NCBI GenBank assembly: GCA_963707915.1
Contig: OY970178.1
Span: forward strand, 288,001 to 352,000
Reading direction: 5' to 3'
DNA from: Candidatus Eiseniibacteriota bacterium
GTDB taxonomy: Bacteria; Eisenbacteria; RBG-16-71-46
Length of the DNA stretch: 64,000 bases
Positions 20,983 to 30,867 of this stretch are shown piece by piece (within the stretch, counting starts at the first letter, position 1; each line of letters begins with the position of its first letter). The position numbers and the translations under genes were made by a program. Under the pieces are notes generated by a model that saw only the letters and a program-made list of their open reading frames with translations, was not told where the DNA came from and searched no databases.

Positions 20983-23933
20983 GAGGGTCCCCGCGCGGCG
21001 CTGTGGATGCAGAAGCGCGAGTAGGGGCAGTAGCCACAGTTGCGCTGGTCGGGCTTCGGCGGGAACTGGGCGCTGCGGATGCCGGCCGCGGCCTTCGCGA
21101 CGCGTTCGCGCGCGCGCTCGAGGTGCTCGGGCGTCACCACGGCCGAGCCGACCGTGCCTGGTCCCACGAAGCTCAGCTCGGCGCTCGCGGGCATCACGCC
21201 GGTCGTCTCGCGGTAGGCCAGCGCGTAGAGCCCGAGCTGGCCGTCCTTCAGGTCGTTCTTCGCCCGCTCCGCCGCCTTCGCGGGGTCCCCGACCTCCGAG
21301 GTCTTGTAGTCCACCAGCACGATGCCCTCGGGCCGCTCGTCGATCCGGTCCCAGCGGCCCACGACGAGGTCGTTCCCGAGCTTGAAGCGGAACTCGAGTT
21401 CGATGGCGAGCGGCACCTGCGGCCGCGCCTCCTCGCGCGCGACGAAGCGGCGCAGCGTCCCGCGACCCTCTTCGAGCCGGCGCTCTTCGTGCTCGCGCGA
21501 GTAGAAGCCCTCGCTCGACCAGGCGCCCTCGAGCGCCGCGACCACGTCGTCCGCGGTGATCGGCAGCCGCTTCATGCGGTGCTGGTGGTAGACCTTGATG
21601 GCGTGGTGGATGGCGACGCCGTACATCACCTTGTCGTTCGAGCCGAGCGGCACCTGCGCGACGTGGGCGTAGCGGTACTTGAGCGGGCAGGTGAGGTAGT
21701 CGTCCACCTGGCCATACGAGATGCGCAGCGGCTGCTCCGGGGGCACCGGCGCGATCTCGGGCGGCGCACCCTCGGGGGCCGGCGCGTAGCGCGCGATGGA
21801 CTCCAGCGCCGAGGCCGCCGCGGCGCCCTTGGGCGGGCTCGGCAGGTCCAGCGCCTCGACCACGAAGCGGCTCGGCTTGTGCGCCCGCTTGCCGCCGTAG
21901 TCCGCGGCGTGAGTGAGCACGAGCCGGTCGCGCGCGCGGGTCATGCCGACGTAGAACAGCCGGCGCTCTTCGCGGTAGTGCTCCTCGGGGTCGTCCGCCA
22001 CGCCCTTGCGCAGCTCGGGGGGGAAGGGCAGCGGGTCGCCGGTGCGGAAGCGGGGGAAGCGGCCCTCGACCAGGTGCACCAGGTACACCACCGGGAACTC
22101 GAGGCCCTTGGCGTTGTGGACCGTCAGCAACTGCACCGCGTCCTCCTCGCCCTCGATCGCGGCGGCCGCCGGGTCGTCGCCCATCTCGATCAGCAGGTCG
22201 AGGTGCCCCATGAACTGGTCCACGCGGTCCTGCTTGAGCAGCGGGCCGACGCGGGCCACGATCGAGAAGAGCCGGTTGAGGTTCAGCACGCGCTCGGCCG
22301 CCTCCGCGCTGTCGTCGGCGGCGAGGCGGCCGAGCAGGCCGCTCTCGGTCACGAACTCGTAGAGCACCTCCGAGGTGGGCCGGGTGAGCGCGCTCGCGGC
22401 CAGGCGGCGGTGCAGCTCCGCGAAGCGGCCGACCGCCTCGCGCGTGGCGTCGGCCAGGGCGTCGTCGCCGGCCGCCGCTGCGGCCGCGAGCGCGAGCAAT
22501 CCGCGGTGCGAGCGCCGCGCGGCGGCGCCGAGCCGCGCGAGATCCACCGGGTCCGCCCCGAACAGCGGGTCCCCCAGCGCCAGGTGGACGGCCGGGCCGT
22601 CGTCCGGGTCGGCCAGCGCGCGCAGCGCGTTCAGGCACAGGTGGACCTCGGGCCGCGAGTAGAGCCCGCGCAGGCCCATGCGGCGGAATCGCACGCCGGC
22701 GGTCTTGAGCGCCAGCGCGAACGGGTCGAGGCTCGAGTGCGCGCGGGCCAGCACGGCGAAGTCCTGCGCGCGCCGTTCGCCGGACGCGACCGCGGCGGCG
22801 ATCTCGGCGGCCACGGTCTCGGCCTCGTCGCTGGCCGCGGCGAAGGCGCGGTGCTCGACCTGCGCCGCGAGTTCGCGCTGGGCCAGCAGGCGCTTGTCGT
22901 AGCCCAGCCGGGCCTCGAGGCGGGCCGGGTTGTTGGCCTGGATGAGACGGTGGGCGAGGTCGAGGATGCGCTGCCCGGAGCGGTAGTTCCGCGTCAGCAG
23001 CAGCACGCGCGCGCCGGCGAAAGCGTCGATGAAGCCGAGCAGGTTCTCGACCTTGGCGCCGCGGAAGCGGTAGATGCTCTGGTCGTCATCTCCCACGACG
23101 GTCAGGTTGCGCGACAGCCCGGCCAGCAGCTTCACCAGCTCGAACTGGACGTGGTTGGTGTCCTGGAACTCGTCCACCAGCACGTAGCGGTAGCGCTCCT
23201 GCAGCTCGCGCCGCAGGTGGGCGCGCTCGCGCAGCAGGCGCAGCGCGAGGCCGATCTGCGAACCGAAGTCCACGCGCCCGCTCGCGAGCAGCAGGTCCTG
23301 GTAGACGCCGTAGGCCCGCGCCTTCTCGCGCTCGGCGGCGGCGCGGTCCTGCAGGGCCGGGTCGTCGCCGGCGTCGGCCGCGAGGCGCGCCGCGAAGGCG
23401 GCGTACTCGGCGAGGGAGACGTCCTCGTCCCGCGCGCGGTCGAAGCAGGCGACCAGGGCCTTGAGGTGTTCGTCCGGGTTCCCCAGCGGCAGGAAGCGCT
23501 CCAGCCCCAGCTCGAAGAGCCGCTCCCGCAGGAACACCAGGATCTCGGCCGGGGTCTCCACGCGCAGCTGCGAGGTGAGCCCCAGCTCCACGGCGTGCTC
23601 GCGCACCAGCCGGTCGCAGAAGGCGTGGAAGGTGGAGAGCGTGGCGCCGACGAACCCGTAGGGCACGAGCACGTCCACGCGAGCCTCCATCTCGGCGGCG
23701 GCCTTGTCGGTGAAGGTGAGGCCGAGGATCTCCTCGGGTCGGGCCCGCTTGGTGGCGATGAGCCAGGCGATCCGGCGCGTGACGACCTGGGTCTTGCCGG
23801 TGCCCGCGCCTGCCACGATCATCAGCGGGCCGTCGCCGTGGGTCACGGCCTCGAGTTGCTCCGGGTTGAGGCCCTCGAGGATGCGATCGAGCACCGCGGT
23901 CGCAGCGGCGGGCGGAACGGCGCCCGCGCTCAT
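20979..23933 (-). CDS. UvrD/PcrA-like SF1 helicase with C-terminal PD-(D/E)XK nuclease and 4-Cys cluster (AdnAB/AddA-like)
   Basis: AGAGTGKT, LTFTDKAA, LVDEFQDTN, VGDDDQSIYRFRGA, NYRS, TVHNAKGLEF, EERRLFYVGMTRA; YLTCP, GRWDRID, LVDYKT, QLGLY, CGYCPYSRFC. Confidence 0.92.
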   Translation of the reverse strand: MSAGAVPPAAATAVLDRILEGLNPEQLEAVTHGDGPLMIVAGAGTGKTQVVTRRIAWLIATKRARPEEILGLTFTDKAAAEMEARVDVLVPYGFVGATLSTFHAFCDRLVREHAVELGLTSQLRVETPAEILVFLRERLFELGLERFLPLGNPDEHLKALVACFDRARDEDVSLAEYAAFAARLAADAGDDPALQDRAAAEREKARAYGVYQDLLLASGRVDFGSQIGLALRLLRERAHLRRELQERYRYVLVDEFQDTNHVQFELVKLLAGLSRNLTVVGDDDQSIYRFRGAKVENLLGFIDAFAGARVLLLTRNYRSGQRILDLAHRLIQANNPARLEARLGYDKRLLAQRELAAQVEHRAFAAASDEAETVAAEIAAAVASGERRAQDFAVLARAHSSLDPFALALKTAGVRFRRMGLRGLYSRPEVHLCLNALRALADPDDGPAVHLALGDPLFGADPVDLARLGAAARRSHRGLLALAAAAAAGDDALADATREAVGRFAELHRRLAASALTRPTSEVLYEFVTESGLLGRLAADDSAEAAERVLNLNRLFSIVARVGPLLKQDRVDQFMGHLDLLIEMGDDPAAAAIEGEEDAVQLLTVHNAKGLEFPVVYLVHLVEGRFPRFRTGDPLPFPPELRKGVADDPEEHYREERRLFYVGMTRARDRLVLTHAADYGGKRAHKPSRFVVEALDLPSPPKGAAAASALESIARYAPAPEGAPPEIAPVPPEQPLRISYGQVDDYLTCPLKYRYAHVAQVPLGSNDKVMYGVAIHHAIKVYHQHRMKRLPITADDVVAALEGAWSSEGFYSREHEERRLEEGRGTLRRFVAREEARPQVPLAIELEFRFKLGNDLVVGRWDRIDERPEGIVLVDYKTSEVGDPAKAAERAKNDLKDGQLGLYALAYRETTGVMPASAELSFVGPGTVGSAVVTPEHLERARERVAKAAAGIRSAQFPPKPDQRNCGYCPYSRFCIHSAARGPS

Positions 23934-24199
23934 GCTCTGGGACGCGCGATGGGGGAGGAAGGGGGCACGGCCGGACGCTAGCATGGCCTCGAGCGCACGG
24001 GCAAAGCCGCTCCCGTGGCGCGTCAGTGGCGCCCGCCGTCCCGCCGCAAGCGGGGGAAGGAAGGGACGGTGGGCGAGCGCATGGTGCTTCTGCTCGCCCG
24101 CCATCCCGTCCGCCCCCGCCCCGGATCATGCATCGGACCCGGCGCCCGCGCCCGCGCGGCTTCCGCCCGCCGCCGAAGCCGTCTAGACTGCGCGGGTCC

Positions 24200-25792
24200 A
24201 TGAACCGTCGCCCTCGTCGCCCTGCGGTCGTCGTGCTCGCCGGCCTGTCCGTCCTGGCGGTGCTGTGCTGTGCCGGGTGCGCGGGCCGCGCGCCCGCGCG
24301 CGGAACGTCCTTCGTCTGGATCGCGGGGCGGCCGCAGCCCGCCTTCGATCCCGGCGGGCCGCCCGATGCCCTGCGCTGGTCGATCGAGCGGCTGCTCTCC
24401 CGCGGCCTCGTCGAGGAGGACTCCAGCGGTGCGCTCCGGCCGGCGGCGGCCGAGCGCTGGGAATGGTCCACCGACAGTCTCACGCTCACCCTCCGCCTGC
24501 GGCCGGGGCTCGAGTTCGCCGACGGGGCCCCGTGCGGGAGCGCGGACTTCCGACGCGCGCTGCTCTGCGGACTCGGGCGCGAGGACCATGGCTCACGCGC
24601 CTGGCTGCTGGGCGCGATCTCCGGGGCCGACCGCGTGCGCGCGGGTCGGCCGCTGCCTCCGCTCGGCATCGAGACCCCCGACCCCCGCACGCTCGTGCTC
24701 CGGCTGGCGCACCGCGACCCGCAGTTGCCCGCGAAGCTCGCCTTGCCCGGGCTGAGCGCGCCGTGGTCGGTGGCGACTCCCGGCCGGTGGCGCGGCGTCG
24801 CGGGGGTGGGACCGTACCGCGTGCTGGGGGAGGAGCCCGGGCGTGCGCTCACGCTGGTGCGGCGCGCGGGCGCGGCCGGCCCCGACACCATCGTGGTGCG
24901 CTTTCAGCCCCTGGCCGGGCGGGTGCTGACGTTCATGCGGACGAACGCCGCCGACCTGGTCTGGCCGCTGCCCCCCGCGCTGGATGTCGCGGCCGCGCCG
25001 GCCGGGTTCCGGTCCGCGGCGCGGGCGGCCGCGCCCGCGCGCACGCTGCTGCTGGTCATGCGCGCCGACCTGCCGCCCACGTCACGCCTGGCGACGCGCT
25101 GCGCGCTGGCGCTGGGGGTGAACCGGGACCGCGTGCTCGAGCTGCTGGGGGCCCGCGCGCAGCGGCTGGGAAGCTGGCTGCCGGGCGCGGGCCCGTACGA
25201 CTTCCCGGCGCTGGACGAAGGACGGGCCCGCGAGTGGATGGAGCGGGGGCAGCTCGGGAAGGCCTTCCACGTGGTGATGACCTACGACGCGGACGGTGCC
25301 GGAGCCACGGTGGCAAGGGCCTTGCAAGAGGATTGGTCGAGATTGGGCATCTACGCCGAGCTCCGCCCTTCGCGCGGAGCGAAGCTGGCGCACGAGCTGC
25401 TCGCCGGCTTCTCGCATCTCGCCCTGGTCGAGGAGCAACCCTGGACGGACGACCTGCCGGGAACGCTGGCTTCGCTCGTCGTGCCGCTGCGCGGGCCGGC
25501 CGTGGGGGCCTTCCGGACCGGCTGGCGGACGCGGGAGTTCGACGGATTGCTCGGTCCGCTGCGCCGGCCGGCCCCGCCCGGACCGGACGCGGCGCAGGCC
25601 CGCCTGCAGGAGGAGCAGGTCGTGCTCCCGCTGGCGCGACTGCCGTGGGTGTGGCTGGCGCGCGAGGGCGCCACGGTCCTGTCCTTTCACCCGCGTTTCG
25701 GGCCAGGTTGCGAAGCGGGTGGGTGGCCTGCCCCGGCCGGGTCGGCGGTGGCCGGGCCTCCCGGGGGGGAGCCCCCCGCCACGGCGCGCTAG
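24200..25792 (+). CDS. ABC transporter substrate-binding lipoprotein, family 5 (OppA/DppA-like), divergent
   Basis: Lipobox-like LCCAGC; GLVEED..G.LRPAAAERW, LRPGLEFADG, PDPRTLVLRL, GVGPYRV. Confidence 0.75.
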   Translation: MNRRPRRPAVVVLAGLSVLAVLCCAGCAGRAPARGTSFVWIAGRPQPAFDPGGPPDALRWSIERLLSRGLVEEDSSGALRPAAAERWEWSTDSLTLTLRLRPGLEFADGAPCGSADFRRALLCGLGREDHGSRAWLLGAISGADRVRAGRPLPPLGIETPDPRTLVLRLAHRDPQLPAKLALPGLSAPWSVATPGRWRGVAGVGPYRVLGEEPGRALTLVRRAGAAGPDTIVVRFQPLAGRVLTFMRTNAADLVWPLPPALDVAAAPAGFRSAARAAAPARTLLLVMRADLPPTSRLATRCALALGVNRDRVLELLGARAQRLGSWLPGAGPYDFPALDEGRAREWMERGQLGKAFHVVMTYDADGAGATVARALQEDWSRLGIYAELRPSRGAKLAHELLAGFSHLALVEEQPWTDDLPGTLASLVVPLRGPAVGAFRTGWRTREFDGLLGPLRRPAPPGPDAAQARLQEEQVVLPLARLPWVWLAREGATVLSFHPRFGPGCEAGGWPAPAGSAVAGPPGGEPPATAR

Positions 25793-25971
25793 GTGGTATC
25801 CGGCCGCCGGGTTATCATCTAGGCTAGACGTACCCATTTCGAGGTCTCCGGGCCTGTTCGAGCATCCCAGGTGATCGCATCCATGCCCGTCCCCACTCCG
25901 CGAGTCGTCCCGGCAGGTCTCCCGGCCGCCCGGTCTGTCGCTGCGTTCCAACCAACTCCTCGGGAGCACCC

Positions 25972-28900
25972 ATGAAGAAGTCGCTCGTCCTGGTCCTTTC
26001 CTTCGTGCTGGGCCCCTTGTCCTGGGTGGCCATCGCCTCGGGCGCCGCTCCGGCCCCGACGGCGATCGAGCGTGAGTTCCACTACGGCCCGGGCCAGTTC
26101 ACGCTGACCCCGAACGCCGACGGCACGACCCAGGTGGAGATGGGCTCGGGGACGCGGGAGTACGCGGCCGGCCGGCCGGACCTGCCCCTGGTCGGCGAGC
26201 GAGTGGAGTTGCCCCTGGGGTCACGGCTCGCCGCGGTGGAGGTCCTCGAGCTCGAGACCGTCCCGCTCGCGCAAGGGGTGCGGCTGCCCAGCGCGATGGT
26301 CATTCGTCCCGGCGAGGAGACCGTCGAGCGCACGGTGCCGGACTCCGCGATCTTCGGCCAGGCCGGCTTCGTCCCGGAGCAGCTGGCGCAGGTCGGCGCA
26401 CAGGGATTCGAGCGCGGCGTGGTGGTGGCCTACGTCATGGTCGCCCCGGTGAGGTGGAACCCGGCGACGGGCGAACTGGAGCGCGTCGAGCGGATACGCG
26501 TGCGGCTGGTGCTCGAGGCCTCCGCCGGACGGCCGCTGGAGCGCGATCGGGTGGTGCCCGATTGGGAGGACGGCGCCGCGCGGACAGCCGCGCTGCGCTC
26601 GCCCGCGGTCCAGCCGGCGTCCCTGGTCGCCGGCACGCGGCGGGCGGAGCCCTTCAAGGCCACCCAGGTGCCCTCGCTGCTGGGCAGCCCGGTCGCCTAT
26701 GTCATCGTCACGAACGACGCGATGGCGCCGGCCTTCCAGCAGCTCGCGGACTGGAAGACGCGGAGCGGCGTGCCGGCCGTGGTCCGCACGCTCTCGTTCA
26801 TCAAGCAGCAGTACTCGCTCGGCGCCGACGACGCCGAGCGCGTCCGCCTCTTCCTGCGCGACGCCTACTCGCGCTGGGGCACGAAGTGGGTGCTGCTGGG
26901 GGGCGACACCGACGTGATCCCCACTCGCTTCGCCCGCACGACCTACTACGGCGGCGAGACGATCGCCACCGACCTCTATTTCTCCTGCCTGGACGGCAAT
27001 TGGAACGGCGACGGGGACAACGTCTACGGCGAGGGCATCTCCAGCGTCCCGCCCGCGCTGGGGGACTCCGCCGACCTCTTCCCCGAGGTCTTCGTGGGGC
27101 GCCTTCCGGCCAGCACGCTGGCCGAGGCGCAGGTGCTCGTGGACAAGGCCCTGAAGTACCAGCGGGAGCCCGTGGGCGACTACATGAAGAACCTCATCTC
27201 CTTCGCCGAGGTGCTCTTCCCGAACCCGTGGTCGGCGGGCATGTCGACCCAGCTCGACGGCGCCGAGCTCATCGACTACGACCTGCTTCCCATCCTGGAC
27301 ACCGTGCCCTGGATCCACTCCGCCCGGCTCTACGAGAACTACCCCGACACGCGCTGGCGGGCGGGCTCACTTCCCGAGACGCGGGCCGCCGTGATCGATT
27401 CGCTGAACCGGGGCTACAACGTCGCGCTCCACGTCGGCCACGGCTACCGCAACGTCATGAGCGTGGGGGACAACAGCCTCACCAACACCGACGCGACGGC
27501 GCTCACCAACGGGGACCGCCTGACGAACCTCTACGCCATCAATTGCAACTCGGCCTCGATCGACTACCCGTGCATCGCCGAGGCGTTCATGAAGGCCCCC
27601 CTCGGCGGCGCCGTCACCGTCGTCGGCTCCACGCGCTACGACTTCCCGACGTACGGCCGACAGTACAAGAAGGAGTACTTCCAGCTCCTGTACCAACGGG
27701 GCGTCTCCGCCGTCGGCGAGTTGCAGGCGCGCCAGAAGCTGCCGTTCGCCGGCTTTTCCGAGTACGACGGCGTGCACCGCTGGACGCAGATGGCGCTGAT
27801 CCTGCTGGGTGACCCCGAGCTCCACATCTACACCGACACCCCGCGCGTGCTCAGCGTCACGCATCCGTCCTCGATGCCGGTCAGCGACTCGGCGCTGGCC
27901 GTGAACGTGGCGGTGGGCGGCGTGCCGCTGGACAGCGCCCTCGTCACGGTGTACCGGGCGGGCCACGAGTACGCCAGCGCCCTCACCGACGTGGCCGGGA
28001 ACGTGACGCTGGCGGTGCGGCCCGATACGGTCGGCGCCCTGGCGCTGACCGTGACCGGGTACAACTGCCGGCCCTACCAGGCGTCGATCGACCTCGTGGC
28101 CGGCGGCTACCCCGCGCTCGCGGTGCGCGCGGTGCGCATCGAGGACGGCGGGACGGGGGGCACTTCCGGCAACGGGAACGGGCTCTGGGACGCGGGCGAG
28201 ACGGTCGCGCTGTACCCGATGCTGCGGAACAATGGCGGCTCGGCCGCGACCGCGCTGTCGGGCACGCTGCTGACCCCCGACGGGCTGGTCACCGTCCTGC
28301 AGCCGGCTGCCGGCTACGGCACGATCGCCGCGGGAGACAGCGCGAGCCCATCGGCGGGCCTGCTCGTCCGCCTTCCGTTCACGGCGGACGACCAGCGCGA
28401 GGTCCCCTTCGAGCTGCGCCTGGCGGACGGCTCGGGGCGCACCTACGTCGGGCGCTTCCAGCTGACGGTGCGGGCCCCGGAGTTGAGGCACATCGGGCAC
28501 GTCGTGACCGACGGCAACGCGAACGGGATCCCCGACGCGGGCGAGACGGTCAGCTACGCGGTCAAGCTGCGGAACCTGGGCAGCGGAGTCGCGCGGAGCG
28601 TGTCGGCCCGGCTGCGCAGTCTCGACGGGCTCGCCACGGTGACGGACAGCATCTCGGTATGGGGCGACATCCAGCCCGGCGAGGAGCGGACCGGTGACGG
28701 ATTCACGTTCACGCCGTCGAGCGCCGCCGCCACGCTCCAGCTCGTGGTGTCGGACGGTTACGGGGAACGCCTGCGGGAGACGATGGACATCCTGTACCCG
28801 GCCACGCCGACCGGCCTGGCGGCCTCCGGGTCGGCGGGCACCATCACGCTCACCTGGACGAAGTCCCCGGATGAGGACCTGGCCGGCTACAACGTCTACC

Positions 28901-30696
28901 GCGCCGCCGTGCCCGCCGGGCCGTTCGTCAAGATGACCCCGGTCCCCACCGGCCGGACGGCCTACTTCCTGGACGACGGGCTCGCGCAGCTCACCCGCTA
29001 CTACCACAAGGTCTCGTCGGTGGACATGTCCGGCAACGAGTCGGCGCTCACGTCGGCGGTATCCTCGAGCACGAACCCGCCGATGCATTCCATGTTCCCG
29101 TTCCCGACGCGACGCCTGTCACCGGCCCCGGTGGTGGTGGACCACATCTACGCCGGCTACCCGATGGACATCGTGGTCGGCGCCGACGTGCTGTACGTCT
29201 GGCACCCGGACGGCAAGACCCCGGTGGACGCCGACGGTTCCGGTTCCACTCCGGGCGATTTCACCACCCTGGGCAGCTACTACGCGGGCGGTCCCAGCGT
29301 CGCCGACCTCGACGGCGGCACCAAGGAGATCATCGGCGCCACCCAGGACAACAACAGCGTGTACGTGTTCGACCTCGCCGGCCAGAGCAAGCCGGGCTGG
29401 CCGGTCACGCTCCCCGACGCCATGTACGGGGCCGTGGCCGTCGCCGACCTGCAGGGCGACGGGCTGAAGGAACTGGTGGTGGCCTCGAACGGCTACAGCG
29501 TCTACGCGTTCCGCGCGAACGGCACCGAGCTGCTGGACGGCGACAACAATCCGGCGACCTTCGGCGTGTTCAAGCGGACGGGCGGCCTGTACAACTACGG
29601 TTCGCCGACGCTGGCGCCGCTCCAGAACGACGGCACGAACTCGATCGTCTTCGCCGGAAGGGACGCGCACCTCTACGCGTGGCGCTACGACGGCGCCGAC
29701 CTGCCCGGATTCCCCGTGCACCTCGGGGGCGGCGCGCTCGCCTCGACGGCGGTGGGGAGCCTGGACGGACCCGCGGGCCCGCTCAGCATCGTGGTGCCGG
29801 CACTGAACGACTCGGTCTACGTGATCCGTGCCGACGGTTCGCGCCGGCCCGGATTCCCGGTCCGCTGCCGCATGGAGTCGACCTACGGGCGGCACCCATC
29901 GCCCGCGCTGGCCGACATGAACGGCGACGGCTACCTGGAGATCGTCCAGGCCAGCACCGACGGCCTGCTGTACGTGTGGGACCGCAACGGCGTCGTCGTC
30001 CCGGGCTGGAACGGCGTCCGCTACAGCACGCTCACGACGCAGGCGTCCGAGTGCAGCCCGGTCGTGGCGGACATCAACGGCGACGGCCATCCCGACGTCG
30101 TCGTCGGGGATGCGAACGACGAACTGTCGGCGTTCTCGGGAGCCGACGCCAGCATGCTGCCCGGGTTCCCCATCCAGCTCGCCGGCGAGGTGGTCGCCAC
30201 CCCCGCGTTGTGCGACTGCGACGGCGACGGGAACACCGAGATCGTGGCCATGGGCCTGGACTTCAACGTCTACATGTGGGACTACGACTTCCCCTTCTCG
30301 CCCGGGCAGGTCCCGCCTTGGCCGCAGTACCACCACGACGCCGCGCGCACGGGCTACGCCGGGACCCCGATCCTGGCCGGAGCCGGGGACGAAGCCACGC
30401 TCCAGCCCCGCGCGCTCGAACTGGCGCCGCCGGCCCCCAATCCGGCGCGGAGCGCGATGCGCCTGTGGTACGGCATTCCCGCCGACCGGGTGGGGGAGGC
30501 GCTCGACCTGGCGATCTACGATCTCAGCGGGCGGCGCGTGCGCACCCTGCAGGGCGGGCGCGCCGAGGCCGGCCGCCACTCCGCGGCGTGGGACCTGCGC
30601 GACGAGTCGGGGTCGCCGGCCCGACCCGGCGTGTACTTCGCGCGTCTCGCGCTGGGCGCCGAGGCCCGCACGCGGAAGCTCGTCCTCGTCCGCTGA
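25972..30696 (+). CDS. Secreted gingipain-like peptidase C25 with propeptide, FnIII-like, FG-GAP repeats and C-terminal FlgD-Ig domain
   Basis: GRPDLP propeptide; YVIVT, LADWK, WVLLGGD, TDLYF, VGRLP, HVGHG (His), AINCNS (Cys), LLGDPEL; ADLDG/ADMNGDG/ADINGDG repeats; PAPNP...YDLSGRRVRTL...GVYFARL. Confidence 0.9.
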   Translation: MKKSLVLVLSFVLGPLSWVAIASGAAPAPTAIEREFHYGPGQFTLTPNADGTTQVEMGSGTREYAAGRPDLPLVGERVELPLGSRLAAVEVLELETVPLAQGVRLPSAMVIRPGEETVERTVPDSAIFGQAGFVPEQLAQVGAQGFERGVVVAYVMVAPVRWNPATGELERVERIRVRLVLEASAGRPLERDRVVPDWEDGAARTAALRSPAVQPASLVAGTRRAEPFKATQVPSLLGSPVAYVIVTNDAMAPAFQQLADWKTRSGVPAVVRTLSFIKQQYSLGADDAERVRLFLRDAYSRWGTKWVLLGGDTDVIPTRFARTTYYGGETIATDLYFSCLDGNWNGDGDNVYGEGISSVPPALGDSADLFPEVFVGRLPASTLAEAQVLVDKALKYQREPVGDYMKNLISFAEVLFPNPWSAGMSTQLDGAELIDYDLLPILDTVPWIHSARLYENYPDTRWRAGSLPETRAAVIDSLNRGYNVALHVGHGYRNVMSVGDNSLTNTDATALTNGDRLTNLYAINCNSASIDYPCIAEAFMKAPLGGAVTVVGSTRYDFPTYGRQYKKEYFQLLYQRGVSAVGELQARQKLPFAGFSEYDGVHRWTQMALILLGDPELHIYTDTPRVLSVTHPSSMPVSDSALAVNVAVGGVPLDSALVTVYRAGHEYASALTDVAGNVTLAVRPDTVGALALTVTGYNCRPYQASIDLVAGGYPALAVRAVRIEDGGTGGTSGNGNGLWDAGETVALYPMLRNNGGSAATALSGTLLTPDGLVTVLQPAAGYGTIAAGDSASPSAGLLVRLPFTADDQREVPFELRLADGSGRTYVGRFQLTVRAPELRHIGHVVTDGNANGIPDAGETVSYAVKLRNLGSGVARSVSARLRSLDGLATVTDSISVWGDIQPGEERTGDGFTFTPSSAAATLQLVVSDGYGERLRETMDILYPATPTGLAASGSAGTITLTWTKSPDEDLAGYNVYRAAVPAGPFVKMTPVPTGRTAYFLDDGLAQLTRYYHKVSSVDMSGNESALTSAVSSSTNPPMHSMFPFPTRRLSPAPVVVDHIYAGYPMDIVVGADVLYVWHPDGKTPVDADGSGSTPGDFTTLGSYYAGGPSVADLDGGTKEIIGATQDNNSVYVFDLAGQSKPGWPVTLPDAMYGAVAVADLQGDGLKELVVASNGYSVYAFRANGTELLDGDNNPATFGVFKRTGGLYNYGSPTLAPLQNDGTNSIVFAGRDAHLYAWRYDGADLPGFPVHLGGGALASTAVGSLDGPAGPLSIVVPALNDSVYVIRADGSRRPGFPVRCRMESTYGRHPSPALADMNGDGYLEIVQASTDGLLYVWDRNGVVVPGWNGVRYSTLTTQASECSPVVADINGDGHPDVVVGDANDELSAFSGADASMLPGFPIQLAGEVVATPALCDCDGDGNTEIVAMGLDFNVYMWDYDFPFSPGQVPPWPQYHHDAARTGYAGTPILAGAGDEATLQPRALELAPPAPNPARSAMRLWYGIPADRVGEALDLAIYDLSGRRVRTLQGGRAEAGRHSAAWDLRDESGSPARPGVYFARLALGAEARTRKLVLVR

Positions 30697-30867
30697 CCGG
30701 ACGCTGGAAGCGGAGGCCGCCCGGTAACTCCCGGGCGGCCTCCGTCGTGACCGGCGGACCGCGCCTCCGCCGGCCGCGGGCCGGGGACGGTGCGCTGTGC
30801 TAGAGTCCGGCGGATCCGCCGCGAGTCCGCGACCCGTCCCACCCACAGGCCCATTCCGGAAGCCGAC

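Noticed and set aside
20979..21720. Cas4-like nuclease as sign of a CRISPR system
   Set aside because: It is the fused C-terminal domain of a helicase; no repeat-spacer array or cas genes were seen in the window
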